A stretch of 64,000 nucleotides of DNA from Gemmatimonadales bacterium (GTDB lineage Bacteria; Gemmatimonadota; Gemmatimonadetes; Gemmatimonadales; GWC2-71-9), in the NCBI GenBank assembly GCA_048499805.1, contig JASNZF010000002.1:311882-375881 (forward strand), written 5' to 3'. The notes beneath the pieces were generated by a model, which saw nothing but the letters and a program-made list of their open reading frames with translations, made no database searches and was not told the origin of the DNA. Position numbers and translations under genes: made by a program. Every line of letters starts with the position of its first letter. The first letter of the stretch is position 1. This document shows positions 27,683 through 38,099 of the stretch, one piece after another.

Positions 27683-27921
27683 CCCTGTTCCTTCGGACCC
27701 TGGTCGCAGCCTCGGGCGAGCGGCGGGCGGTGATCTCGCGGCGCCCGGATGGCGTGATCCACGTGGGCTTTGAGCGGTGGGATGACACCGCCGTGGGGTC
27801 GACGGGCGGGTACAACGATCCGTTCTGGCGTCCCGACGGCGAGGGGATCCTGGTGGACGACCTGGCCAGGGCGGAGGAGCTCGCCCGGGAACGGATCGGT
27901 CCGGTGGCGGAGGAAGGGTAG
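27679..27921 (+). CDS. Hypothetical protein (80 aa)
   Basis: GTG overlaps the upstream stop (GTGA). Protein-like composition. No motif recognised. Confidence 0.4.
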   Translation: MTLFLRTLVAASGERRAVISRRPDGVIHVGFERWDDTAVGSTGGYNDPFWRPDGEGILVDDLARAEELARERIGPVAEEG

Positions 27922-27984
27922 GGGACGCTCCCCCCGCCCGCTATCTTTGCCCCCGCAGGACGGCCTGCGGCCGACTGCCTCCCG

Positions 27985-29571
27985 ATGCCGGGAGCACCGC
28001 ACAAGCCTTGCGAGGGGAGGATCGTGGCGCGGAGTGCTGACCCGTCCAGGGTGTACGACTGCATCATCGTCGGCAGTGGGTTCGGTGGCGCCGGGGTTGC
28101 CCACGCGATGGTGTCGGCCGGGCGCTCGGTGCTGATGCTGGAACGCGGGGACTGGGTCCCCCGCGGCCCCGAGAACTGGCACCCCGAGAGCGCGGGGATG
28201 CTCACCCCCCATTACTCCCATGACTCGCCGATCCTGGCGGACACCGATCGCGGGTCCGCCACACACGGCGGCTACTTCCTCGTCGGCGGCCCCTCGGTCT
28301 TCTACGGTGGCGTCTCACTCCGGTTCCGGGAGGCTGATTTCCGCCCCGCGGCGGAGTTCACCACCGACTCGGCGGCCGACTGGCCGCTGTCCTATGCCGA
28401 CCTCGAGCCGTGGTACGGACAGGCCGAGACACTGATCGGCGTGGCGGGGGAAACCGGGGTCGATCCCACCGATCCACCGCGCAGCACGCCGTTTCCCCAC
28501 CCCCCGGGCCGCCTGGCGACGATTTCCGAGCGCCTGGCCTCCGCCGCCCGGTCGCTGGGGCTGCATCCGTTCCGGCTGCCCCTCGCGATCAATCACGCGG
28601 CACCTGGTCGCACGCCGTGCATCGCCTGCACCTCCTGCGATGGCTTCGCCTGCGCCATCTCCGCGAAGAACGACCTCGCGACCACCGTCCTGCCCACCTT
28701 GATCGCGGCAGGGCTGGAACTCCGGAGTGGGGTGGTGGTGACGCGGCTGGTGGAGGAGGGCGGCCGGATCTCGGCGGTGGCAGGGGTCGATCGTGCCACG
28801 GGCGAGGCGCTCCGGTGGAGGGGGCGACAGGTGGTGCTCTCGGCGGGGGCGCTGGCCTCGCCTCAGCTGCTCCTGGCCAGCGGGCTGGAGCGCCACAACC
28901 CCGCGGGGCAGGCCATCGGGAGGTACCTCCAGCGGCACCTCAATGGGATCGTCTTCGGGCTCTTCCCCTCGCCACCCGATCCGGTGGGGGAATTCCACAA
29001 GCAGATCGGGATCCACGACTATTATTTCGGCAACGGCACGGGGCTGGGCAAGGTCGGCAGCCTGCAGCAGCTGGTGACTCCGCCCATCGGGCTGGTGCGC
29101 GCCAACGTACCCCGGCCGGTGGGTGCCATCGCGGGGCCGCTGGTGGGCCGGCTGACCGGGCTGCTCCTCATGGCGGAGGACCAGCCGCAGGCTCGCAATG
29201 CCGTGACGATCGATGCCGCCCGCCGCGATCGCCATGGGCTCCCCGCTGTACGGATCCATCATCGCTACTCGGCCCGTGACCGTGCCGCAGGGAAGCTGCT
29301 CCGGCAGGCGGCCCGCCGGATCCTCCGCCGGGCCGGGGCGCTGTTCTTCTATCACCACCCGATCGACACCTTCAGCCACGCAGCGGGGACGGTCCGCATG
29401 GGACACGATGCCAGCACGGCGCCACTCGATCCGGATTGCCGGTTCCGCGGGATCGCGAACCTGGCGGTGGTGGATGCCTCGTTCATGCCCACCACCGGCG
29501 CGGTGAATCCCAGCCTGACCATCCTGGCCAACGCCCTCCGGGTGGGGCAGACCCTGGCGGCCAGCGCATGA
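27985..29571 (+). CDS. GMC-family FAD oxidoreductase
   Basis: YDCIIVGSGFGGAG dinucleotide fold and C-terminal HAAGTVRMG ... NPSLTILA GMC signature. Confidence 0.85.
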   Translation: MPGAPHKPCEGRIVARSADPSRVYDCIIVGSGFGGAGVAHAMVSAGRSVLMLERGDWVPRGPENWHPESAGMLTPHYSHDSPILADTDRGSATHGGYFLVGGPSVFYGGVSLRFREADFRPAAEFTTDSAADWPLSYADLEPWYGQAETLIGVAGETGVDPTDPPRSTPFPHPPGRLATISERLASAARSLGLHPFRLPLAINHAAPGRTPCIACTSCDGFACAISAKNDLATTVLPTLIAAGLELRSGVVVTRLVEEGGRISAVAGVDRATGEALRWRGRQVVLSAGALASPQLLLASGLERHNPAGQAIGRYLQRHLNGIVFGLFPSPPDPVGEFHKQIGIHDYYFGNGTGLGKVGSLQQLVTPPIGLVRANVPRPVGAIAGPLVGRLTGLLLMAEDQPQARNAVTIDAARRDRHGLPAVRIHHRYSARDRAAGKLLRQAARRILRRAGALFFYHHPIDTFSHAAGTVRMGHDASTAPLDPDCRFRGIANLAVVDASFMPTTGAVNPSLTILANALRVGQTLAASA

Positions 29572-30548
29572 CCGGGGCGCGGGTGGCGCTGGCGTTCCTC
29601 GGCTGCGGCAAGATCACCCGCTCGCACAGCCGGACCCTGGCCCGGGTCGCGCCGGCGGTGCCGCGCTACTTCGCCAGTCGCGACGCGGCGCGCGCCGGCC
29701 AGTATGCCCGCGAACTGGGAGGCGCCGGGGCCTTCGGCAGCTACGCCGAGGCACTCGACAGCGACCTGGTGACCGTGGTGATGGTCTGCACGCCCCCCGA
29801 CAGCCACCTCGAGTGGACGCTCGCCGCCCTGGCCGCCGGGAAGGACGTGATCGTCGAGAAGCCGGCCTTCCACCACTCCCGCGACGTCGATGCCGTCGAG
29901 GCCGCGATGCGGGCCAGCGGGCGGCGGGTGTTCGTGGCGGAGAACTACTTCTACAAGCCACTGCGCCGGGCCGTGGCCGAGGTGATCGCCTCGGGCGACC
30001 TGGGCGAGGTGCGATTCGTCCACCTCAATGCCATGAAACGTCAGGTCAACACCGACTGGCGCGCCGATCCCGCCGTGGCCGGCGGGGGCGCCCTCTTCGA
30101 GGGCGGCATCCACTGGATCAACTTCATGGCGAACATCGGCCTCACGCTCACCGAGGTGCACGGCTACCGGCCCGGCCCGCCGGAAGGGCAGGAACGGACC
30201 ACGCTGGTGGTGGGGCGGTACGCCGAGGGAGCCGTGGCCACGCTGCACCATTCGTGGGAGGTGCCCTCACTCCTCCAGGGCCTCCGTCTCTCCCGGCTGA
30301 CCGGCACCCTCGGCTCGGCCACCTTCGAATCCAACGGGCTGGTGCTCTTCCTCCGCGCCCGGCGGGTCCGGCTGCGCTTTCCCGGCTTCCGCGACATCAA
30401 GGGGATGGGGGCGATGTTCACCGATTTCGTGCAGGCACTCCGCACCGGCCGCGAGCCGGCGATGACGTTGGCGATGGCCCGGCGGGACCTGGAGCTGCTG
30501 GAGGCGGTCCAGGGTCCCGGATCTGGCGATCCCGCCGGGAATGATTAG
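29568..30548 (+). CDS. Gfo/Idh/MocA-family oxidoreductase
   Basis: ATGA overlap with the GMC gene. LGCGKITRSH Rossmann start and VIVEKPAF motif. Confidence 0.8.
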   Translation: MTGARVALAFLGCGKITRSHSRTLARVAPAVPRYFASRDAARAGQYARELGGAGAFGSYAEALDSDLVTVVMVCTPPDSHLEWTLAALAAGKDVIVEKPAFHHSRDVDAVEAAMRASGRRVFVAENYFYKPLRRAVAEVIASGDLGEVRFVHLNAMKRQVNTDWRADPAVAGGGALFEGGIHWINFMANIGLTLTEVHGYRPGPPEGQERTTLVVGRYAEGAVATLHHSWEVPSLLQGLRLSRLTGTLGSATFESNGLVLFLRARRVRLRFPGFRDIKGMGAMFTDFVQALRTGREPAMTLAMARRDLELLEAVQGPGSGDPAGND

Positions 30549-30617
30549 GCTTCACCGCGCCCTGGAGCGGGCGCTGCCGGCCCGCTCCTCGTGTTTTCCC
30601 CGCGTCCCGGACCCCTG

Positions 30618-31442
30618 ATGCCCAGCACCACGCCCCTCCTGCTCAGTGCGTTGATCGGCCTCTGTGCCGGGCTGCACTCCTCCACCTGGGGGATGTACAA
30701 GGACGCACCGCACGAGGGGTTCACCTGGACCAAGTATTTCCGCAGCACCCTGATCGCGCTGCTGATCGCGGCCCCGATCTATGCCGTGACCGGCTACGAT
30801 CCCGGGACGGCGGGGGGCGCGATGATGCTCTTCGGGCTGGTCTATGCGGTGGAGCGGGCGATCGCGGAGTCGTACAAGTCCTTCTTCCGCGAGGAGGACC
30901 AGTCCAAGTACACCATCCCGATGCAGCTGGCGGTCTTCGGCCGGCCGGTGGAGAGCCGGGGGGCCCGGTGGCTGGTCGGCCTGGCCTACGTGGCGATCAT
31001 GGTCGGCGGTGTCTACGGCCTGTCGCGGGCCCAGGCGGCCTTCCCGCAGCTCGGTACCCGGATATGGATCATCCTGCTCGGCAGCCTCGGCGGCTGGTTC
31101 AGCGCGTTCGGTGGGGCGTGGAAGGACGCGCCGATCGAGGGCTTCCAGATCTTCAAGTTCTTCCGCAGCCCGCTGATGGCGGCGGGGTACGCCTGGATCC
31201 TGTCGTACGTCACCCATGACGTGGCCGCAGTCGTGATCGCGGCCGAGGGATTCGTGATCGCGACGACGGAGACCTACAAGACCTTCTTCTTCCCCAGCAA
31301 GCCGCGTGGCAAGTTCGCCGACAAGCCGATCCTCTTCCCCGACATGGTGCGTCGCCGGCGGTACTTCGTTCCCCTCTATGTCGCCATCTGGGTGGGGCTC
31401 CTCACGGGATTCGTCATGATCCTGACCAACCCGCTCCGCTGA
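30618..31442 (+). CDS. Polytopic membrane protein with internal duplication (hypothetical)
   Basis: Multiple TM helices. The repeated motif is GMYKDAPHEGFTWTKYFRS in half 1 and GAWKDAPIEGFQIFKFFRS in half 2. Confidence 0.6.
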   Translation: MPSTTPLLLSALIGLCAGLHSSTWGMYKDAPHEGFTWTKYFRSTLIALLIAAPIYAVTGYDPGTAGGAMMLFGLVYAVERAIAESYKSFFREEDQSKYTIPMQLAVFGRPVESRGARWLVGLAYVAIMVGGVYGLSRAQAAFPQLGTRIWIILLGSLGGWFSAFGGAWKDAPIEGFQIFKFFRSPLMAAGYAWILSYVTHDVAAVVIAAEGFVIATTETYKTFFFPSKPRGKFADKPILFPDMVRRRRYFVPLYVAIWVGLLTGFVMILTNPLR

Positions 31443-31446
31443 GTCC

Positions 31447-32040
31447 TTGGACGAATCGGCCACCGCCTCCTTCGAGGCCCAGCTCACTCCCCTGCTTGAC
31501 CGGGCCTACGCCGCGGCCTGGCACCTGACCCGCAACACCGTCGAGGCCGAGGACCTGGTGCAGGAGGCCGCGCTCCTGGCCTGGAGGGGCTACGCGGGCT
31601 TCCGCCCGGGATCGAGCTTCCGGGCCTGGTTTCTCCGGATCCTGACCAACAAGTTCATCAGCGACTACCGCACGGCCCGGCGACGGGGCGGGGTGGTCGA
31701 CCTCGACGACGTGCCGGAGTTCTCGCTCTGGCAGCACGGCCGCGAGGCGGGCCTGATGGCGCCCGGGAGCGATCCCGCCGGGGAGCTGACGCGCCGGCTC
31801 ACCGCCGACCAGATCGCGGCCGCGCTGGACCAGCTCCCCGAGGACTACCGGGTGGCCGCCGTGCTGTACTTCGTCGAGGACCTGTCGTACCAGGAGATCG
31901 CCGAGATCCTCGACGTCCCGGTCGGCACCGTGCGGTCGCGGCTCCACCGGGGCCGGCGGCTGCTCCGCAAGGAACTCTGGTCCCTGGCCCACGCTGCGGG
32001 CCTTGTCACTGCCACCGATCCCGCCGCGGAGGACGCATGA
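31447..32040 (+). CDS. ECF-type RNA polymerase sigma-70 factor
   Basis: Region 2 (AEDLVQEAALLAWRGYAGF, FRAWFLRILTN) and region 4 (DLSYQEIAEILDVPVGTVRSRLHRGR). TTG start. Confidence 0.85.
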   Translation: MDESATASFEAQLTPLLDRAYAAAWHLTRNTVEAEDLVQEAALLAWRGYAGFRPGSSFRAWFLRILTNKFISDYRTARRRGGVVDLDDVPEFSLWQHGREAGLMAPGSDPAGELTRRLTADQIAAALDQLPEDYRVAAVLYFVEDLSYQEIAEILDVPVGTVRSRLHRGRRLLRKELWSLAHAAGLVTATDPAAEDA

Positions 32041-32279
32041 GCGACCCCACCCGCTGCACCTGCCAGGAGGCGTTCGCGCGCCTGGAGGACTTTGTCGACC
32101 GGGAACTCGATCCCGCGGAACTCGAGCGGCTGGAGTCGCACCTCCAGACCTGCGCGCGCTGCGCGCCGCATTTCGCGTTCGAGCGGGATGTGCTCGCCGG
32201 GGTCCGCCGGCAGGTGAGCCGGATCCGGGCCCCGGCCGGGCTGCTGGACAGCATTCTCTCCCGACTGCGAGCCGACTGA
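32037..32279 (+). CDS. Zinc-binding anti-sigma factor (ZAS, RsrA-like, cytoplasmic)
   Basis: ATGA overlap with the sigma gene. H-x3-C-x2-C motif (HLQTCARC). 80 aa with no TM segment. Confidence 0.75.
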   Translation: MSDPTRCTCQEAFARLEDFVDRELDPAELERLESHLQTCARCAPHFAFERDVLAGVRRQVSRIRAPAGLLDSILSRLRAD

Positions 32280-32318
32280 CCACGGTTCGCCCCTCGCTAC
32301 TCCCGCAAGGATCGATCG

Positions 32319-34778
32319 ATGCGCAGAGCCCTGCTCCTCCTGCTCCTCGCCGGCGCCCTCGGGCCCCCCGCCCTGGGCGCCCAGGCCACCCTCCCCGCCA
32401 TTGCCGAGAAGGTCCGTGGCTTCCAGGTCATCGACGGCTTCCTGCCGCTGTACTGGGACGGCGCCACCGGGAAGCTGTGGCTGGAGGTGCCCCGGCTGGA
32501 CGAGGAGCTGATCTACATCGTCTCCCTCCCCGCCGGGCTCGGCTCGAATGACATCGGGCTCGACCGCGGCCAGCTGGGCGGCACCCGGATCGTGAAGTTC
32601 CAGCGCGTCGGCCCCCGGGTCCTGATGGTGCAGCCGAACTACCGCTACCGCGCGGAGCATGGCGACGCGGCCGAGCGGCAGGCGGTGGAGCAGTCGTTCG
32701 CGCAGTCGGTCATCTGGGGATTCACCGTCGCGGCAGAGACGGACGGGCGCGTCCTGGTCGATGCCACGGACTTCGTGATCCGGGATGCCCATGGCGTGAT
32801 CGGCACCCTGGCTGGGGCCCGGCAGGGCAACTATCGGCTCGACCCCTCGCGCAGCGCCCTGTACCTGGAGCGGACCCGGGGGTTCCCGCGAAACTCGGAG
32901 ATCGAGGTCACCCTCACCTTCACGAGCGACGCCCCGGGTGGCCTGGTCCGGTCGGTGACACCCAGCGCCGAGGCGGTGACCGTGCGCCAACACCATTCGT
33001 TCGTCGCCCTCCCGGAGCCGGGCTACGTCCCGCGGCTGGCCGACCCGCGGGCCGGGTTCGGCGGCCCGTCCTTTGCCGACTACTCGGTCCCGATCGCCGA
33101 GCCCACCGCGGTGCGGTACATCTCGCGGCACCGGTTGCAGAAGCGGGATCCGGGCGCCGCGATGAGCGAGCCGATCAAGCCGATCGTCTACTACCTCGAT
33201 CGCGGTACGCCGGAGCCGATCCGCACCGCCCTGTTGACGGGGGCGCGCTGGTGGAACCAGGCCTTCGAGGCGGCGGGGTTCCGCGATGCCTTCCGGGTCG
33301 AGCTGCTGCCCGAGGGCGCCGACCCGATGGACGTGCGGTACAACATGATCCAGTGGGTGCACCGGTCGACCCGGGGATGGAGCTACGGCTCGTCGGTCAC
33401 CGATCCCCGCACCGGCGAGATCCTGAAGGGGCATGTCACGCTGGGCTCGCTCCGGGTGCGCCAGGACTTCCTGATTGCGGAGGGCCTCCTTGCCCCGTAC
33501 GCCAATGGCACCGAGGCGCCTACCGAGGCCGAGGCGATGGCGCTGGCGCGGCTGCGGCAGCTCTCCGCGCACGAGGTGGGGCACACCCTGGGCATCTCCC
33601 ACAACTACCTCTCCAGCACCGCCGATCGCGCCAGCGTCATGGACTATCCCCATCCCTTCGTCCAGCTGCGCGCGGACGGGAGCATTGACCTCTCGCAGGC
33701 GTATGCCGAGGGGATCGGGGCCTGGGACCGGGAGGCGGTGCGCTACGGGTATGCGCAATTCGCGCCGGGCGAGGACGAACGGGCGGGACTGGAGCGGATC
33801 CTCTCGGAGGCGCGGGCGCGTGGCCTCCTCTTCCTCACCGACCAGGATGGCCGCCCGACCGGGTCCAGTCACCCGGAGACCCACCTCTGGGACAACGGCA
33901 CCGACCCCGCCGCCGAACTCGACCGGATGATGCGGGTGCGCCGCGCCGCGCTCGCCCGATTCGGCGCCAGCGTGATCCCCAATGGCCGGCCGCTGGCGAC
34001 GCTTGAGGAGGCGCTGGTCCCGCTGTACCTCCACCATCGCTACCAGGTCGAGGCCGCCAGCAAGCTCATCGCCGGACAGGCCTATACCTATGCCATCCGC
34101 GGCGACGGGCAGGTGCCGGTGACCAGCGTGCCTGCGGCGACCCAGCAGCGCGCGCTGGCGTCGCTGCTCACCACCCTCCGACCGGCCGAGCTGGTCATTC
34201 CCGAACGACTGCTGGCCCTGCTGCCGCCGCGACCCGCGGGCTATCCCGCCCATCGGGAGCTCTTCCCGCGGCGGACCTGGAGCACCTTCGACGCGCTCGC
34301 GCCGGCGGCCATCGCCGCCAACATGACCGTTTCCCTGATCCTGCAACCGGAGCGGGCGGCCCGGCTGATCCAGCAGCACGCCCTGGCCCCGGCGCTGCCG
34401 TCGCTGGATGCGGTGATCGACCAGCTGGTCCGGGCCACCTTCGGTCCCGCGCCCGCCGACCCCTACCAGGCGGAGGTTGCCCGGTCCACCCAGCGCGTGG
34501 TGGCGGATCGCCTGATGGCCCTCGTGGCCGACGCGGGGACCAGCCAGGTCCGCGCGATCGCGACCCTCAAGCTCGAGGAGCTGCGCGCCCGCGTGGCCAG
34601 TGTCGCGGCGACCCTGCCGGTCGCGGAGCGCGCCCACCGGCAGCTCCTGGCCCGCGACATCGCCCGGTTCTTCGAGGGGAACTATGACCCGGCGCGCCTG
34701 ATCCTGGAGTCGCGCGAGGCGCCGCCCGGGGCACCGATCGGGAGCGACGCGGGAGGGTGGTGGCCATGGACGCCATGA
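32319..34778 (+). CDS. Secreted zinc metalloprotease (DUF5117/DUF4953-type)
   Basis: Signal peptide. [13 protein letters not shown] zinc site. 819 aa. Confidence 0.8.
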   Translation: MRRALLLLLLAGALGPPALGAQATLPAIAEKVRGFQVIDGFLPLYWDGATGKLWLEVPRLDEELIYIVSLPAGLGSNDIGLDRGQLGGTRIVKFQRVGPRVLMVQPNYRYRAEHGDAAERQAVEQSFAQSVIWGFTVAAETDGRVLVDATDFVIRDAHGVIGTLAGARQGNYRLDPSRSALYLERTRGFPRNSEIEVTLTFTSDAPGGLVRSVTPSAEAVTVRQHHSFVALPEPGYVPRLADPRAGFGGPSFADYSVPIAEPTAVRYISRHRLQKRDPGAAMSEPIKPIVYYLDRGTPEPIRTALLTGARWWNQAFEAAGFRDAFRVELLPEGADPMDVRYNMIQWVHRSTRGWSYGSSVTDPRTGEILKGHVTLGSLRVRQDFLIAEGLLAPYANGTEAPTEAEAMALARLRQLSAHEVGHTLGISHNYLSSTADRASVMDYPHPFVQLRADGSIDLSQAYAEGIGAWDREAVRYGYAQFAPGEDERAGLERILSEARARGLLFLTDQDGRPTGSSHPETHLWDNGTDPAAELDRMMRVRRAALARFGASVIPNGRPLATLEEALVPLYLHHRYQVEAASKLIAGQAYTYAIRGDGQVPVTSVPAATQQRALASLLTTLRPAELVIPERLLALLPPRPAGYPAHRELFPRRTWSTFDALAPAAIAANMTVSLILQPERAARLIQQHALAPALPSLDAVIDQLVRATFGPAPADPYQAEVARSTQRVVADRLMALVADAGTSQVRAIATLKLEELRARVASVAATLPVAERAHRQLLARDIARFFEGNYDPARLILESREAPPGAPIGSDAGGWWPWTP

Positions 34779-35170
34779 CCCGGGTCAACTTCGGCTCCGG
34801 CACCCCGTGGGAGCCGGTCTTCGGCTATTCGCGCGCGGTGCGGGTCGGTCGCTTCGTCCATGTCTCCGGCACCACCGCCACCGGCCCCGACGGGACGATC
34901 CTGGGCCCCGGGGACATGTACGCGCAGGCCCGGCAGACGCTGGAGAACATCCGCACCGCCCTTGAGCGCGCCGGGGCCACGTTGCAGGATGTGGTCCGGA
35001 CCCGCGTCTACGTCACCGATATCACGCGGTTCACCGAGGTGGCGCGCGCCCATGGTGAGGTCTTCGGCGAGATCCGGCCCGCCAGCAGCCTGGTCCAGGT
35101 GGCCGCGCTGGTGGACCCCGCCATGCTGGTGGAGATCGAGGCCGACGCGATCCTCGCGCCCTCGGCGTGA
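34775..35170 (+). CDS. RidA/YjgH-like Rid-family protein
   Basis: ATGA overlap with the protease stop (earlier GTG 34757 is possible). [19 protein letters not shown] ... VRTRVYVTD ... LVEIEADA pattern. Confidence 0.8.
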   Translation: MTRVNFGSGTPWEPVFGYSRAVRVGRFVHVSGTTATGPDGTILGPGDMYAQARQTLENIRTALERAGATLQDVVRTRVYVTDITRFTEVARAHGEVFGEIRPASSLVQVAALVDPAMLVEIEADAILAPSA

Positions 35171-35229
35171 ATCGCCGCGCCCTGCGCGCGGTTGCCCTGC
35201 ATCGGGGCAGGGGAGATACTTCGAGGTAC

Positions 35230-36135
35230 ATGCAGACCTCGATTCCCGCCAGCGCGCGCGTCCTGCTTGCCGGCGCCGTGGACTACGCCGGCCTCTTTCC
35301 CCCCGCCGCCCTCGGCATGCCCGAGGCGGTCGCGGAGTACCTGCGCGGCCGTGCCTCCGAGGGACGCTGGGCCTTGGGCCGGTTCGTGGCCCCGGCCTCG
35401 CGGCTGGAGGAATTCGGGAGCGCGGCGCGGGCCGCCGGGGTGCTCTCCAGCGACGACCCGATCGCGCTCTCCGCCCTGATCGGCGCTGACGCGGCCGCCG
35501 ACCACCTGGCCATCGAGCAGTTCAATCGCACTCATCACCCGCTCGGGGCGGTGGTCGATGCCGTCGAAGGCCGGGCGGCCACCGCGCCGGCCGCAACAGA
35601 ACTGGCGACCCGTTTCGCGGGGCCCTTCGCATGCTGGGTGGAGGTGCCGCTCGACGGTGCACTCCCGGCGGTGCTCGACGCACTCGTCGGGACCGGCGCC
35701 GGCCCGAAGATCCGCATGGGTGGGGTCGTGGCCTCGGGCTTTCCCAGCGCCGATCAGGTGGTCCAGTTCCTGGTCGAGGTGCTGCGTCGCGGCCTGCCCT
35801 ACAAGGCCACCGCAGGGCTCCACCACCCGGTCCGGGGCGACTACCGCCTGACCTACGCGCCCGACAGCGCCTCCGGCACGATGCACGGCTACCTCAACCT
35901 CCTCCTGGCGACCGCCCTGCTCCAGTCGGGCGGCACCGCCGAGCAGGCGCGTGCGCTGCTGCTCCTCACCCCGGACGTGGCGCCCCCCCGACTGGACGAG
36001 GACGGCGCCACCTGGGGAGCGCACCGCTTTTCGCTCGAGGCGCTCCAGCAGGCGCGCCAGGCGGGGATGCAGGCCTTCGGTTCGTGCTCCTTTCGCGAGC
36101 CCCTCTCTGACCTCGAGCAAGTGATGGCGGCATGA
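35230..36135 (+). CDS. Conserved hypothetical protein
   Basis: ATG 35230. Protein-like composition and co-oriented 4-nt overlap with fahA. No motif recognised. Confidence 0.5.
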   Translation: MQTSIPASARVLLAGAVDYAGLFPPAALGMPEAVAEYLRGRASEGRWALGRFVAPASRLEEFGSAARAAGVLSSDDPIALSALIGADAAADHLAIEQFNRTHHPLGAVVDAVEGRAATAPAATELATRFAGPFACWVEVPLDGALPAVLDALVGTGAGPKIRMGGVVASGFPSADQVVQFLVEVLRRGLPYKATAGLHHPVRGDYRLTYAPDSASGTMHGYLNLLLATALLQSGGTAEQARALLLLTPDVAPPRLDEDGATWGAHRFSLEALQQARQAGMQAFGSCSFREPLSDLEQVMAA

Positions 36136-37457
36136 ACCGACAGATTGACGGCACCCACCGGGCAGACCTGCGCTCGTGGGTGCCCAGCGCCAACGAACCC
36201 GGAACGGACTTCCCGATCCAGAACCTCCCGTTCGGGATCTTCGCCCGGCGGGGTGGCGGCGTGAGCCGGGTGGGCGTGGCCATCGGCGACCAGGTGCTCG
36301 ACCTCGGCAGCTGCGCCGACCGCAGCGTGCTGGAGGGGATCGGGGGCCCCCTCATCAAGGCCTGCCGGGCCGAATCCCTCGGCCCGCTGCTGCGCCAGGG
36401 TGCCAGCGCCTGGAGCATCCTCCGGCAGCGCCTGTCGGAGTTGCTCCGCGAGTCCGCCCCTGCAAGCCAGCGGCCGACCTCCAGCCTGGTCCCGCAGGAC
36501 GAGGTCCGGGTCGGGGTGCCGGTCGAGATCGGTGACTACACCGACTTCTACGCCTCCATCCATCACGCCCGCAACGTCGGCAGCATGTTCCGGCCCGACC
36601 AGCCGCTGATGCCGAACTACACCTGGATGCCGATCGGCTATCACGGGCGGGCCTCCTCGATCGTCCCCACCGGAACGCCGGTGCACCGGCCAGACGGTCA
36701 GCGCCGTCCCGATCCGGCCGCCCCGCCGGTCTTCGGGCCGAGCCAGTCGCTCGACTACGAGGTGGAGCTGGGCGCACTGATCGGCACCGGCAACTCCCGG
36801 GGGACACCGGTGCCGCTCGCGCAGGCCGAGGGGAACATCTTCGGGCTCTGCCTGGTCAACGACTGGTCGGCCCGGGACATCCAGAGCTGGGAGTACCAGC
36901 CGCTCGGACCGTTCCTGGGCAAGAGCTTCGCAACCACGATCTCCCCCTGGATGGTGACCCTGGACGCCCTGGTCCCATTTCGGACGGCCCGGGCCCCGCG
37001 GGATGAGGGCGCCAGCGAGCCGCTCCCGTATCTCGACGACCCAGCCGACCGGGCCCGGGGCGGCGTGGACGTGACCCTCGAGGTGTCGATCCGCAGCCAG
37101 CGGATGCAGGCGGAGGGGATTCCCGCGCATGTGGTGAGCCAGAGCTGGGCGCGCGACCTCTACTGGACCCTGGGCCAGATGGTGGCCCACCACACCAGCA
37201 ACGGTTGCAACCTGCGTCCCGGCGACCTGCTGGCGAGCGGCACGGTGTCGGGGCCGGGGCCCGAGAATCGCGGCTGCCTCCTCGAACGCACCTGGCGAGG
37301 CGCCGAACCGATCGCGCTGCCCACCGGCGAGCAGCGGCGGTTCCTCGAGGACGGGGATGAAGTCGTGATCCGGGGCTGGTGCGAGCGGGAAGGCTGGGCC
37401 CGGATCGGGTTCGGGGAATGCCGGGGAACGATCGTCGCTGCCGGGGAGGGACTCTAG
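36132..37457 (+). CDS. fahA: Fumarylacetoacetase
   Basis: N-terminal FPIQNLPFGIF and C-terminal FAH-fold motifs (DYEVELG, GDLLASGTVSG). 441 aa. Confidence 0.88.
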   Translation: MNRQIDGTHRADLRSWVPSANEPGTDFPIQNLPFGIFARRGGGVSRVGVAIGDQVLDLGSCADRSVLEGIGGPLIKACRAESLGPLLRQGASAWSILRQRLSELLRESAPASQRPTSSLVPQDEVRVGVPVEIGDYTDFYASIHHARNVGSMFRPDQPLMPNYTWMPIGYHGRASSIVPTGTPVHRPDGQRRPDPAAPPVFGPSQSLDYEVELGALIGTGNSRGTPVPLAQAEGNIFGLCLVNDWSARDIQSWEYQPLGPFLGKSFATTISPWMVTLDALVPFRTARAPRDEGASEPLPYLDDPADRARGGVDVTLEVSIRSQRMQAEGIPAHVVSQSWARDLYWTLGQMVAHHTSNGCNLRPGDLLASGTVSGPGPENRGCLLERTWRGAEPIALPTGEQRRFLEDGDEVVIRGWCEREGWARIGFGECRGTIVAAGEGL

Positions 37458-38099
37458 ATGGCCGATCTTGCGGGAATCCGGCGGGACTTTCGCCGGGCCG
37501 AGCTCGATCTGGACCACACCGATCCCGAGCCCGCTCGCCAGTTTGCGCGCTGGATGGACGAGGCCGAGGTGGCCGGGTTGGAGGACCGGACGGCGATGAC
37601 GTTGGCCACCGCCGACGCCGAAGGACGCCCTGACGCGAGGGTGGTCCTCCTCAAGGGCGCCGATGCGGAGGGATTCACCTTCTTCGGGGACCGCCGCAGC
37701 GCCAAGGGGCGGCAACTCGCCGAAAACCCCCACGCGGCGCTCTGCTTCTGGTGGAGCGTCCTGGAGCGGCAGGTCCGGATCAGTGGACGGGTTGCGGTGA
37801 TTGCGGATGCGGAAAGCGCCGGTTACTTCGCCACCCGGCCGCGGCAGAGCCAGCTGAGCGCCTGGACATCCGTCCAGAGTGCGGTGGTGCCCGATCGGGC
37901 CGCCCTGGAGGCGGCCTGGCACGCCACGGAGCAGCGCTTTGCGGGGGCCGAGGTGCCACTGCCCCCGCACTGGGGGGGCTTCCGGCTGGTGCCCGAGCGT
38001 TTTGAGTTCTGGCAGGGCCGGCCCGGCCGGTTCCATGACCGGATTGCCTATCGTCGCGCCGATTCGGGCGCCTGGATTCGGGAGAGACTGTCGCCATGA
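37458..38099 (+). CDS. pdxH: Pyridoxamine 5'-phosphate oxidase
   Basis: ARVVLLKG, SQLSAW and the C-terminal FWQGRPGRFHDRIAY motif. Confidence 0.92.
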   Translation: MADLAGIRRDFRRAELDLDHTDPEPARQFARWMDEAEVAGLEDRTAMTLATADAEGRPDARVVLLKGADAEGFTFFGDRRSAKGRQLAENPHAALCFWWSVLERQVRISGRVAVIADAESAGYFATRPRQSQLSAWTSVQSAVVPDRAALEAAWHATEQRFAGAEVPLPPHWGGFRLVPERFEFWQGRPGRFHDRIAYRRADSGAWIRERLSP

